A stretch of 62,878 nt of DNA, counting the filler, from Sphacelaria rigidula (lineage: Eukaryota), in the NCBI GenBank assembly GCA_964200075.2. It is 5 parts of 5 records of this genome, joined end to end, with 100 filler letters (N's around TTAATTAATTAA, not from the genome) between each part and the next. Parts side by side here need not be neighbours in the genome. Positions count along the whole stretch, not along the records: positions 50,385 to 62,878 come from CAXNAA020003699.1; 4 more parts are not named here. One strand, given 5' to 3'. The position numbers and the translations under genes were made by a program. The notes below the pieces were generated by a model, which was given only the letters and a program-made list of their open reading frames with translations, did not search any database and was not told the DNA's origin. Each line of letters starts with the position of its first letter. Position 1 is the stretch's first letter. Of this stretch, positions 50,385 through 62,477 are shown piece after piece.

Positions 50385-51596
50385 TTTTTGGGTTTTTTTT
50401 ATCGTGTGTTGGGACCCTTGTGGTTGGTTGTCTCCGCCAACTAGAGGGTGTGGGGTGTATCCCCCCCCCCCCCCCCCCCCCGTGTTTATGTGGAAGGCTT
50501 GCTCTGGACCCTGCTCCCCATCGTTCATATTTTGGACCAAATTCGAATATATTTCGAATATATTTCGTCTCATGTTCAAAATCGGTCGAAAAAGGGCTGA
50601 GAAACGATCTGACTCCGTGGGCAGCTGAAGCGACTGCAGGGAATGGATGATCCGATGCACGTAGATGGTCGCCGCATGTGACCTAGCCTTTCTTTCCCTC
50701 CTGGCCTCATTTCGGTGAGGTGTGGTGTGGTGATTTCGAGAGTGATGAAAGCCGCCCTCGCTTGAAAAGCTGAGAGTATGATTAATTAATTCATCGACTG
50801 ACTGCCGCACATGAACAGACTCGCAGAGAAGTTAGTCGTGGTCATTAGATGAACGTATCCAAACCAAATTAAGGGAAAGGCTCGCTAAAGGTTACTCTAG
50901 ACCGGGGAAGGAAAAGAGATAACTATAGGCAACCCTCGTGAACGACGGGTTTGGTCTACCTTACCGAGGACAGGGGACATGTAGATTTTATCTTCTCACT
51001 CCGTGTAAGGTGTACGGAGGCGTGGGAATGCGACGTAGACTTGGATCCCGTAACCCTTGCAGATGCAGAGCGTGGTATTAGGAAGTGTACTGACAGACCG
51101 TGGGCGTGGAGTGCCAACGTCCAGGGTGAGGGGCATGACCATAGCCCGGACTGCGGGCTGGAGGATGACGATCCCGGGGTTTGAAAAGACGGGGATGACG
51201 GTCCGAGTTGACACACTGGGTTATTAGTAAGCGGGGCGGGTTGATAGAGGTGGCGATCACAGAACGAACATAGCAAATTGAAAATGTAGTGGAGATTTTT
51301 TCACCGCGCTATATCCCATTGCACGCAAGAATGTGGACATGATCTTCGCCAGGTGGCGCACAATTTCGTCGGCTTGGCCGGTGCGCTGCTGGAGTATTGT
51401 AGTCATGGAAAAAAGAATACTTGCTTCTGATTCGTCACCGGTCACCAGCGGGGGTTGCTTTAATCCTGCGCCTACGGCAAATGGGGTGTGAGTTATGTTC
51501 CGTTTTTGTTCTTTCACTGCACGAGTTGTCTTTTCTCGTATCCTGCTTTTTTTGCCTCCATGTATCTTTTCGTTTTTTCGTTTTTTCCGTTTGTAG

Positions 51597-51773
51597 AATG
51601 CGAAGCAGGCAGCGGGGAGCAGGTCGAGTGGGAGCGTGGGCAGTGCTGGCGACGGAGGTGGGGGCATGGATGCTAGCTTGGAGCTTCGGGAGGGGTCTGA
51701 ACTCCTGGTGGAGGAGCAGGGCGCTGTGTCAAAGCTCATTATGGTCGAATCAACGTCTCTCGCTGACATGGAG
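51597..51773 (+). CDS. Exon a of a protein with possible ubiquitin-like repeats (USP47/USP40-type C-terminal region?)
   Basis: Strong pyrimidine tract, ttgtag|NAKQAAG...LELREGSELLVEEQGAVSKLIMVESTSLADME|gtgaga; 177 bp, phase 0-0. This frame is absent from the ORF track. Confidence 0.75.
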
Positions 51774-52445
51774 GTGAGACAGTGGATGTCGGTCTGGTCA
51801 TAGTATCGGCATAAATCCCCACAATTTGTACAGGTCTTAATCTGCTTCGAGCAGCCGTTCAATGAAATCGGTCGACGTGCTTGGATTGCGATGCTCCGAT
51901 TTTGTCGCTTGGAACGCTGCAAATCTCATGCGTGCAACGCGACCATACTTGAATGTGCGGCTTCACATGTGTCGGTTTTCATGTCTTTATTCATTTATTT
52001 TTCAAGTCGAGTACCAAAGCTGTTGAACAGTGCCCAAGCGTTTTGCCTTGAAATTTCCTCACCGTCGCGGGAGTATTTCCCCATATGCTAGTCTTGATCC
52101 AGGCTCACCCACGTCCACCCTATCCTATCCGTAGTGTCCATGAGGATGTGTATCACCGGTGCGTTGGATATGACCCTCTCAATATAAGCAAGTCCGAATG
52201 GCCACCTGCGGTACCGGATCTTCTGAGGTCAGCCATATGTTTTATCTTCCTTCTTCATTATTTATCCCTGTTTTGTTTGAATCGCGTTTTGTGCGTTTTA
52301 ATCTAGGTCTGTTTTTTTTTTGGTTTTGTTTGATTTCCCCATACCTTACTAAAGGTATCTATCCTGTGACCATGGAAGGCGTCCGCATCAGATGCCCAGT
52401 ACGAATGTACCTCGTAGATATCGGAACGGTTTTTAAATGTGAAGG

Positions 52446-52446
52446 C

Positions 52447-52483
<37 letters not shown>
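52446..52483. repeat. (AAC)n microsatellite
   Basis: About 12 units after aatgtgaagg; similar tracts at 32581-32607 and 58226-58255. Confidence 0.95.
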
Positions 52484-52946
52484 TAGCCCTGGATCAGTTC
52501 TCCGCTATTTTGGCACCACGTTGTCATATACTGTAGTACCGGAATGAGGGTCATATGATGTGTATCGACTCTATCTGGGCTCAACGGAGGCAGGCGGTGA
52601 ATCGTTACCCATGCAATGGGGGCCCCGCCCTATCCGTTCGCCAGACATCGCGTTCTGCCGACTAACGGCGTTGCGGGGAGCATCGTGGTGCATTGTGAAG
52701 AGTCGAATCTTGAAATATTCCCGAGGCTACAGGTCGTGCAGTACACATGAGTGATCGGGGCACACATCAACGTCCGCGGTTACAGGCAGTGTGGGCAAAC
52801 ACTTATGGGTTTGTGCGGGCGTCAATTTCTGATTCTTTGCGACAGTATCAACACCAACTGCATTTGTTGCTTTCTCGCTTGCTTTTTTGTATTCTGGTTG
52901 CCGCGTGTGGTTCAATCTCTTGTTCACCTTGCCGTGGGCGGTGCAG

Positions 52947-53049
52947 GCGGCTCGGCGCAACCGTCTGGTGCAGCTCGAAGTGGAGGTGGATGATGTCGTC
53001 ATCGAAACGGTCAAGAAGGCGGTTCTTGGCCTAGCGCATGACCACGCAG
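52947..53049 (+). CDS. Exon b of the same gene
   Basis: gtgcag|AARRNRLVQLEVEVDDVVIETVKKAVLGLAHDHA-G|gtgtgg; phase 0-1. Confidence 0.75.
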
Positions 53050-53924
53050 GTGTGGCGCGGAAAAGAGTACGACACTGCACGTCAGCGCAGCAGCATATTT
53101 TATTTGCTTAGCCACCGCGCTGCGGTGGTCGAAGTGGTATATCAGACACTTGTTTCGGTTCGAATTCCGATACTATAACCTAGCTCTAGTGTTTCCTTTT
53201 TATTTTATTTATCTTTTTCGTCTGTTTCCATCGTCTGCAAACTTGAGCACGAGAGTCCGCGGAAACAATGAATTCGATGAATAATCGACGGGATGCGAGA
53301 GTGCATACCTTAACTTGTGTAAGGAGGTGCTCGGGATATTCCGGGGGGGAGTAGGTTAATGTTGGCAGGCTATGGACTGGTCCTGATGAAATGGGGGTGT
53401 TATTTGAAGAAGTATGACATCCGCTAACGCCGAGATAGCCTTATTGATAGAATCGGAAGTAAAGGATGTGAAATCCCGTTCAAGTGAGTCATGAAAATTA
53501 GGTTGGATCGGAATCCCTGAGCATACGCACGGGAATTTTTCCTTGAAACGTTGTTAGAATTTTCATTCTCATGTGTGGACTACTTTCTGCTGCATTGATG
53601 GTATGGCATGCTCTTGTCAATCGAGCAAACCAGAAGGTTACTTTATCCCTGTGTTGAAGGTTGAAGGTCCCCTAGCCTATGGAGCAGGTGTTGGCTGTGG
53701 TCCGCCATCAGTCGAGGCGGGTTTCCGCCCATCTGTGTTGACATGTTTGTTGAAGCATAATACTGGGTTCTACTCTTGGCCAGTCGGCATGGACACATGT
53801 TTGACCTAGAATTCCCTTCCCAAATGCCCCCCGCCCCCCCCTTCTCGTCCTTGACAAATGGTGGCCACAGATTACGAAACAAGAAGAGGATGAGATCCGT
53901 AAAATAGTTTTGTGTAATGATCGT

Positions 53925-54070
53925 AGCATGTATGGAAAAAAACGTGATGAGCGCCCAAATATTGAAGATATCTCTATTAGGAGTAGGAACGGTGCTCCGT
54001 TTCCAAAGGGATGCGTGGTCAATGGCCAAATGACTCAGGCAGGCAACAAATGAGTACGCCCCCCTCCCCA
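53925..54070 (+). repeat. ~140-bp repeat family, complete unit
   Basis: atgtatggaaaa..atgagcgcccaaat...ggtgctccgtttccaaagggatgcgtggtcaatgg...atgagtacgccccc. Confidence 0.85.
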
Positions 54071-54098
54071 CCCCCCGCTCTCGTTTTTGCTCTGGCAG

Positions 54099-54509
54099 TG
54101 GATCACCACGCCGGCCGATCTGTCATCATCCACCTCGAAGTCGACGGAGAGAGCACCACGGTGCCCCATGTCAAGGCCCGCTGTCTGCTGAACCTCGCGC
54201 CGGGCCTTATGTCGCTGCCCGCCTCAGCGCTCGACATCCCGCAACTGCCGGCCCCAATCGGCACTACTTCCACCGCATCCGCGGCGACGGCGAGTTTGGA
54301 GGGCCAATTAGCGCTCGCGCGCATGGTGTCTTCTGTGAGACTCTCGGGGAATGATATGGGGACGTCAAGTTCGGTGTTGGATGAGGCGGTCGAGTCAGGG
54401 GGTATGAATTTGCAGGCCGCTAAGATACGGAGTGGGTCGTCGTTCATGCTGGAGTGGGGTGCTCCGCTAGCCACCGGGAAGAGTCGGGTCAAATTTCAGT
54501 TCGTTACGG
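54099..54509 (+). CDS. Exon c of the same gene
   Basis: ggcag|DHHAGRSVIIHLEVDG...AKIRSGSSFMLEWGAPLATGKSRVKFQFVT-G|gtgaga; phase 1-1, compatible with both neighbouring exons. Confidence 0.75.
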
Positions 54510-55061
54510 GTGAGAGATGGAAGCCGTGCGGCGCGTGTACAGGAGAGCTGTTGCGTATTAACAGCGGATGGATATGTGTTCACAGGCCGATGTTCAGACT
54601 GATTTTTTACGCGCAACTGACTGTCAGATGGGTTGACAGCAAGCGGGAAGGTAGTTGCGAAATAGAGACACGGATATTAGCGGACATATCAATTCTTTTC
54701 GGCGCGTTATTCCGTAGAAAGCACGTCACGACCGTTTCTGGGGTCCCGTCATCCGAGGCCGAAAGATGAATGAATCACGAGAGGTCACTCCCCACCATCG
54801 ACGGGTTGCTAGCTTACTACACTAGCTATTTGTTCCTCGGGGAGAAAGACCACTCTCGCAGGGATTGGCAGTTCGTGCCTGCTCCACACTACACCCACGA
54901 AGCTAGACGCAACAAGTAGAGCAAAGAACCCTTGCCAGTGGCATCAGGTTTTACGCGGGAGTCAAGTGCTCTCGATCATTTTGTCAGAAATTTAAGTCAT
55001 GCCATGTCAGTAAATGGTTATTTATTTTTCATGTCTGGTGTCGGCGTCAACGTCGCCACAG

Positions 55062-55218
55062 GAAACAACCCAGCTAGCATGTACGACGCCAGTCGCCCTG
55101 GATCGGTGGTGTGCACCCTGTCTGTCGAAGCCGATCTCAAGGAGCCTGTGTCTGCCCTCAAGGCGAGAATGCTGGAGGCCGCTCGCGAGTATGGTGCGAT
55201 GGTGGATGACCAAGAAAG
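55062..55218 (+). CDS. Exon d of the same gene
   Basis: ccacag|NNPASMYD...LSVEADLKEPVSALKARMLEAAREYGAMVDDQE|gtatac; phase 1 start. If that donor is unused the frame stops at 55228. Confidence 0.72.
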
Positions 55219-55633
55219 GTATACTTGAGTTCTTCATTGTGTAGTCGTGAAGAAGGAGCACATGTTGGCGTTTGGTTCGGGACACGGTGCGGTCGTGAAA
55301 AAGGGTACAAAGTGGTACAGTATTCTATGGAGTGGCCGCGGAAAAGGTACAGGCATGATGCTTTACTTCACGGAAGGTATGGAGCGACATGCTTTGGTAG
55401 GTGGTGTACGATGTACAAACATACAAGATGGTGTACTTCAACAGGCGTGGGCGTGAAGAACGTACAGGATGATACGTTATGCTTTGATGAATGTTGTGGG
55501 TTCAAAAAAAGGTACGGGACAGGATTAGTCTGGCCCTCGCGGCTACAATCCTGGAGGCTTCTCGCGCGGCTGGTATCATGCCTGATGCCCATAAGGTCCA
55601 TGCCTTGTTTTTGATAGTGTAGGCCTTAAAAAG

Positions 55634-55997
55634 GTGTGTGTTGGCATCCCATCTACTCTGGCTGCCAGTCTACACCTTTCGGTATATGTAGGCGCATCGG
55701 CCTTGGCCACACAGGAGAGGCCAGCACGGGAGTTTTTTTTTTCTTCTATTTTGTGTTTGTGCTCCACCTTCCTTCTGCGGTACTTGTCTTGTTATTTATC
55801 GCGAGAGGGGTTCAGCGATCCCTTTCCCCCGTCGACTGTGAAGTCGAATTTTGTGTACCCACGACCCAGTCGCTCTCCACTGTTGGGCACGGTTTGAGGA
55901 AAAAATATCAGATCGTTTAACTTAACCGAGATTCGAACCCACGACCCTATCGTCAGGAAGTTTTGAGGTTACCAACTGAGCCACCGGATCGACCGGC
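55634..55997 (-). mobile_element. tRNA-derived SINE family 1, full-length, inverted
   Basis: Reverse complement of 27491-27855 and 36861-37205. Confidence 0.88.
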
Positions 55998-57045
55998 TTG
56001 AAACAAAAAGTAGCTCAAAGAAAAAGATACATGACACAATGCTTTGTCTCTCGGTGCATTGAAAGGTCCATGATTATTCCGTACTTTGGTCTTATGCCAG
56101 CATACTGCAGTCCCCAGAAAAGGTACGTGATGACCACCATTCATAAGATTTCGCAGTGGAGACCACAAGCGCATGTGTTGATATTCGAATTTTGATTTGC
56201 TGGTGGCGTTTATTTGGTCCACCAGCCGCGCCTTCGGGCTCATGAAATCCGTTCACCGTCTCGGACTTCTTTTTCCATACCCGCGTCTTCATACAGGTTC
56301 AACCATGCCCACCCTACCCATCACCGCAGAGCTACACCTAAAGCTAACCCTAGCCCTAACCCTATCCAAAGCGCTCACCCTAACCTCGAGCGCAAGCAAG
56401 CCAGATCGTGCACTCTCCGGTAACGGGGCATCGACTCCCTGCCAACTGCGTTGCGTAAAGCGCAGCGGTATATCGTAAAGATCCATATCTTCGAAATACT
56501 CCCCAGGTTGCCTGGTGTGGTAATAACTGTTCGAAGGCTCGTCTACACGTCTGTCAGGAAGGATTGTAGCGTGCAAGCGACAGTCTGTTGCATTATCATG
56601 TTGATCTGTATCGGGGGCAAGTTGAAAGCAGAATACAGAACGGAGATGATCTCCGCCCCTTCTTCATCATCATATCTTCACCTCGTTCTGCTGTTGTCCG
56701 TTGATACAGTTTGCCCAACTGAAAGAGAGCAAACACAGATAAAATGAAGAAGGACCAAAACGAGGGTCCACACGCAACAAGCGAACATAAGCTGTTTCGT
56801 TTACTTTGTTGTCATTTTTGTCTGAGGTCGTGCACGAGGAAGAACCATTGATTCCCTCCCCCCCGGTGTTATCATTCGTTCGTTCTGAGGCTGGGAAAAG
56901 TCTAGATTTTGTGTCGGTCGGTTGCTCTTGCCTTTTTTTGTAGGGTTATTTTTGGTGTAAATGTTTATTTTGTGGTATCGGGTTTCGATCGTTTTCTTTC
57001 TTGGTTGCATTTTTGCCATTCCTTCCCCCCCCTTCCCCCCCCTTC

Positions 57046-57200
57046 CCCCCCGTCTCGAAAGGGATGCGTGGTCAATCGTCAAACGACTAAGGCAAGCAAC
57101 AAATGAGTACGCCCCCCTCCCATCGTAATATATGGAAGATTCTTCATGAGCGCCCAAATGTTGGAGGTGGCTCAGTTAGGTGCAAGAGCGATGCTCTGCT
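57046..57200 (+). repeat. ~140-bp repeat family, circularly permuted copy
   Basis: Begins ccgtctcgaaagggatgcgtgg and continues after the C-tract with atatggaag..atgagcgcccaaatgttggagg. Confidence 0.8.
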
Positions 57201-57704
57201 TTTTCGTGACGAAGGAAGAATCTCGTATTAATATCGTTGTAAACGGTCTCCGCCTAGCTCGCTGTACTCGTTGGCCGCCGGCTTCCTTCTATTTTCTTCT
57301 CCATTGATTCTTCCACCTCCAGCACTTGATGGGATATTAACGCACAGGTATTTCTTCTCTTTTTTCGTCTTCTCTCGTGTCTTCGTTGTTTCCTCTTCTC
57401 TCATTCTATTTTCTTAGTCTAGTCTGTTTGTCTCTTCTACATTTTTATTTTTTTTGTTCACTTTTCGAGTGTTTCAGTTTTGTTATGTCTCCGGTACGTA
57501 CGTCTACTATGTGGATAATGACCACTGCTGGATCATGACTACCTGGGGGATCAGGTCAAGTACGACAACCGAACAAATCGACCAAATTAATCAAAATCAG
57601 GAAAAGCGATACACCGAAATCACTACGTAGCGAGACTCACTGTATTGTCTGATCGTCGGCATCATTAATTGATTGATTGATTGATTATCTCACATTAGCT
57701 GCTT

Positions 57705-58150
57705 ACCAGCCGATCATCAAAATTGAGGATGGAGATTTTTTTCATTGGGGATGAGAACCGGAGGATATAAGTATTCGTGTCCACACCGAATCTTCGAAAT
57801 ATGGTTCCATTTCTCCACCTACTGGTAACTGTTGATAAATGCTACATACCCTACAAATTTGGATTTCGATAACCGAAATGTTGGGGTCCTAGATGAAGAA
57901 GCAATTTTGAGGAGTTGAGGTGATCCGATCGAATCGCCGCAATTCCCCGAAATTATTTTTTCACCTAGGACCCCAACATTTCGGTTATCGAAATCCAAAT
58001 TTGTATCAGGTGAAGTACTTATCAATGGTTACCAACAGGTGAAGGAATGGAACCATATTTCGAAGATTTGGTGTGGATATGGAGATTTTCATCCTCCGGG
58101 TTCTCGTCCTCAATGCAAAGCTCCATCCTCAATTTCGATGATCGGCGGTT
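57705..58150. mobile_element. 446-bp fully palindromic foldback element, family C, TSD GCTT/GATT
   Basis: Arms pair from gccgatcatcaaaattgaggatggag / ctccatcctcaatttcgatgatcggc to the centre gatccgatcgaatc (~57928). Confidence 0.92.
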
Positions 58151-58225
58151 GATTGCATCAAGCCAGCCCGGGGTCAGGAGTAGCAAAAAAAGAAAGAAAG
58201 GAACAGAAAAAGACACAAGCAGCAT

Positions 58226-58257
<32 letters not shown>

Positions 58258-58519
58258 AGATTATTATCTCGCATTACGTAGCTGATTGCAACACTCCAGC
58301 TCGTGATCAGAAACAGAAGAACAAAAATTGAGGGAAATGAAAAAATGAAAAAAATTAAACACACAGAAGAATAAAACGTCGAGAAAGGACTATACATGCA
58401 CTTCAATCGACTTGACTACTTTTTCGAGGCTGGCTTGATAGGATTAACGTGCGATGGACCGACGGGTCTGTGCTTGTTCGCAGTCTACCAACTGCATGCC
58501 GTAACCGACCCCATGTCAC

Positions 58520-58633
58520 CTTTTGCCTCGCTTTGGACTCGGCTCTCTCGGTCTTGATCTTGTACTTGTCGATCTCCGACACCATCGTGTCCCGGCACTT
58601 CTCCATCTCCCACTTGAGCTTGTCCACACACTC
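58520..58633 (-). CDS. Exon of a coiled-coil protein
   Basis: cctcag|ECVDKLKWEMEKCRDTMVSEIDKYKIKTERAESKARQK|gtgaca; 114 bp, phase 0-0, GC-rich third positions. Confidence 0.75.
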
Positions 58634-61600
58634 CTGAGGAGGTTGAGATAGTCGGATGTATCCAACACAGTAAAACCAACGTTATTTAGTAATGGGGAGG
58701 GTGGCCCTGCATTTGAGCCACGGGATTTCATGAATACACGTGTCACGCCACGGGACTCATTCCCGTGCGAACACACCGCACTTTGCTCACAGTTGTACGG
58801 ATGACGTGATTTTGCACTTGTGACTTTGCACTTGCAGAGCCTACTGCTTGCTCTTGTAAAAAAATAATGGAGAGTTTGCAAACGCGTTTTTTTTTTGCGG
58901 GCAAGTCTAGCTATAGCTCTTGCCAGCGTATGTATATCTCATGAAATGCACACTTTGGAGCACTCGCTTCTTTTTTTCCCAAAACATGCCCCCTCGCGCC
59001 CTGTTGCTGTAATGGTGGTGTCATGGTGATGTAATGGTGAAAGTGACACGACAGGGTGGAAAGAACCCGGGTTCGCTTTCCGCCAGATGCTTTTGGGTTT
59101 TTTTTTCCAAGTATCTGATTTTCGCCATTGAAAGCATGAGCAGGTGCGTAACAAGCAAGAAGACTTTGGAATAGGATAGAGCAGTATAGATCAACGCAGG
59201 TTATCAAGTTGTAGGGTGGTGAAAACGTACACAAAAGTGGTGTCAGAATGATGACACATTATTATGCGGGTGTACCGAGAACACTCCAACCGACAGGGAG
59301 CAGAGTTCAGCTTACGCCAGTAGTAGCTGGTGTAAACCTTATTCATTCGTGTAAAGTGTGTGAACCATGGGGCGCTAAAGCGTAAAAGCATGCCTACTGG
59401 ACACACAGTTATTTGCAAAAAACGAGGCGGCGCATAGATGTTGCTGGCTCCTACCCCTCGGGGACGTAAGAAGGACGGTTATGCGGGCAAAATGATTCCA
59501 CGACGGAACATCAACGCGGTGCAGGATTGTTGATAGTCATGATCCAACGCTCCATTTAGCCAAGTGCACGATAGGGGCAGTACTGTGGAAAGGAGAGATA
59601 TTACCTACAGTAGGTCCGTCGATGACCCCTAGAGACTACCTACGCAAACTCATCAGAAAGAGTGGGCGGGACATACCAACCCCAACGGAGAATGATGAGT
59701 TTTAAAACGCCGAGTTTCTCTGCACCCAAGACGCTGCTGATGGGTTGATTCCTTTGGTTGACTTTATGACACCATCTGCTCCGCTAGGACTCCGGCGGGG
59801 GCCACAAGATAGAGCTATCAAAGGCAAATTAACGAGAACACTCAGTCCCTGGAGGCAACTCAAGTAGAAAAAGGGGGAACGAGCTAAATAGCAGAAACGA
59901 ATGAGGACTGAACGAGAAACACACACCGAACAAAAGTGATGAGTGGTTCTATAGTACGGTATACGTGAACAACTGTTTTGTGCAGCTCTGCACTTTAGGA
60001 GCCTCTGGATGACAAACATCTGGGTCTTAGTGTGCAGCCCCAGAAAACGTTTGGACTGAAAAGTACACTCCTACCTACCGTAGGATCACTCTGACGAAAG
60101 ACGCGGGGCGAATATATACAACTAAATATATACTGCATTGTACTTTGAACATGTCCCGTCTATCTGACCGTTCCGACGAGACTGCTCCAAAGTCCCAAAT
60201 TTTCGCGCCATGCTCACCGCAGCATTCGAGGAAAATCGAAATTAAATACCCGAGTTCACAGGGGTGTTATACTCAATAAAACACCTACTCTAGGTAGGTC
60301 AGGGAAAAATCTGGACACCATCAGGAGAGAGATGTTTACATTAACGGTTTCTGATCATTTTCCGCAGGGGATATGATACTGCATACCATATCCCCACGAC
60401 ACAGTGGTCACGGTGATCATATTGTACGGAATTGATCCGCCAGACTCGGGACCGTTTCTATTATTATTATTTTTCTGAGCAAAGTTTAACGTACACGGCG
60501 GATGTTTGTCATCGTCATGGCTTCTAACCCCACCCTTCTTCCTCCGGACGGACGAGTTCGTGCTGTCCAGGTATCAATCAACCCACTTTTCCCCCCGTGC
60601 TGCGTACGCCTTGCATTTCGTTATCGCGGATTGGATCAGAGCACTCCCGCACCGGCGTGACATTCGTCATTTTCTCTTTACTACTACTCACCCTCCCTAT
60701 CTTTTCATGAACGGAATTAATCGAAATCTACGCAGAAAAGGGCCGTACCTGCCAGCATTCTAACCCTTAACTCCACCCTAACCAACTTTAGGGCCTACCC
60801 GTTACACCACTAGGTCGCGGCGGCCCATTCTTATTCAGTCAATGGACCCCAAAGAAACGTGAAAACCCTCCCTCATTGCAGCAGCGTACTTCGTAGCCCT
60901 TGTTTTTTATTCACTTTAACTGATTTTACAGGGATCCAGCGGTGATCACGTGATCGACGGACGTACCCGAGACAGAACAAAACTGAAGCACTCGCTGAAA
61001 AACAGTGAAGGAAACAAAAAAGGTTCAACAGACAAACAGAGTAATCCAAGAAAAGAAAATAAGAAGGGAAGATCAGAACAGAACGAACAAAAGCTAGAAA
61101 TGGCCGGCCTCTACTAGTCCACCGATTCGGTGGAATAGATCTTGCGCCACAATCGCATCTGGCACTCCTCAATCCGATAGTTTGCGGAGAAGTCATGAAA
61201 ACATTTTTACTTGCTGGCGATTGACCGGAGAATAATACGGGAGCAACAATGCTTGGAATTCAGCATTTGTTCATTTTGAGGAGATCGCTGCAACCTCGCC
61301 GGATATCGTTTGGATCGGCAAAAATAACCGCCACATGTTGATCGATTGTTACAACGAGCAGAGTCCACATAGCGTTCTTCTCTTCGGGACGCATGACACT
61401 TCAGATCAAAGGCGCAAGAAATAAACCCTGAAAGTATTCTCCCATGTGATTGCAAACTTCGTCGCGACCTTATCTTCATGGACGATTTTATGGTCACCAG
61501 TATTGTACTGACATGTATGTGTCGACTCAGAAAATGCTTCGATGTTCTGCTTGTAGGTTTCATTACCATTGGGACATACATGCAAAAATCGCTTGCTTCC

Positions 61601-62084
61601 CCGCCACGCGTGTATAACTGAAGCGCGGCTTTTGAATAACATGTCGAATATTTAGGGGTGTGGCAGAAATCAGAGAGAGGACGAAATACGAGCTGCAATA
61701 TACGAAGCAATAAAGCACGCCCGAGACGTTCTTGTCTTTCAGCCACAAGATTTGAGATACTTGGCTGAACACTCACAGCACCCTCGAACTCCAGATTGTG
61801 CACAGAGTGATACCACGACAGGTAGAGGGAAGCTGTTTGATTCCACGACAAAAAAGGCTCATGGGCGTGTCAGGCGTCCTGAAACACTCGCTATGCGCTT
61901 GCGTTTGGGTGAAAACGGTGTCAAGCAGTATGGATTAGTGTTTTCTATCGGTAAAAAGCGCGTTCAGCCAACCGTTGCTGCTTTCAACCACGATTTGAAA
62001 TGGAATTTCGTGGAAGAAAAAAATGGCTCAAAATATCCCCTGCCTACCGTAGCATGAATCTGCATTGAAACGTATGTATACCTC

Positions 62085-62435
62085 TAAGGTGGCTGAGGTA
62101 GCTTCCGTAAATCAGATACCCTGGAATACCAAGTGCCTTCGGCTGTGCATGCCACAGGTACCTCCGATATCCGGTGTGTTGCCAGTCCGTGCCCCAGGTA
62201 CCCTGTGGTACTCGATACAGCAGAGGCCCTGGGAACCCACGGTACCCTAAATTACCAAGCACTTTGGGCAGTGCATAACACATGTACCCTACGTAGGGCA
62301 CATCGCAAGTACCATGGGAAATCACGGTACCCGGGAGTACCAAGTATTTTGGGCAATTCATACCTCACGTATTTTCCAATACCGCCCATTTGGGGCAGTC
62401 CATGACACAGGTAAAGGTAACCTGGGGTACTCGAG
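62085..62435. repeat. Degenerate repeat/MITE rich in ggtacc and tacc motifs
   Basis: Recurring gtaccc / taccaag..ttt(t)gggca motifs at 62127, 62253, 62338 and 62385. Confidence 0.45.
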
Positions 62436-62477
62436 TACTGTAAGCAGCCTACTACACTGCGTGATCCTTCCTCGTAC

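Noticed and set aside
50951-51184. Additional upstream exon of the plus-strand gene
   Set aside because: The candidate donor gives phase 1, incompatible with the phase-0 exon at 51597; no motif support.
51257-51922. 221-aa minus-strand ORF
   Set aside because: Antisense shadow of the plus-strand exon 51597-51773 and its pyrimidine tract.
53935-54010. Hammerhead ribozyme in the ~140-bp repeat (gTGATGAg ... GAAA-like)
   Set aside because: CUGANGA is not intact in either copy and no convincing stem II could be formed.
56335-56386. Telomere (CCCTAA-like units; also 60760-60785)
   Set aside because: Only a few degenerate internal units; more likely part of a MITE than a chromosome end.
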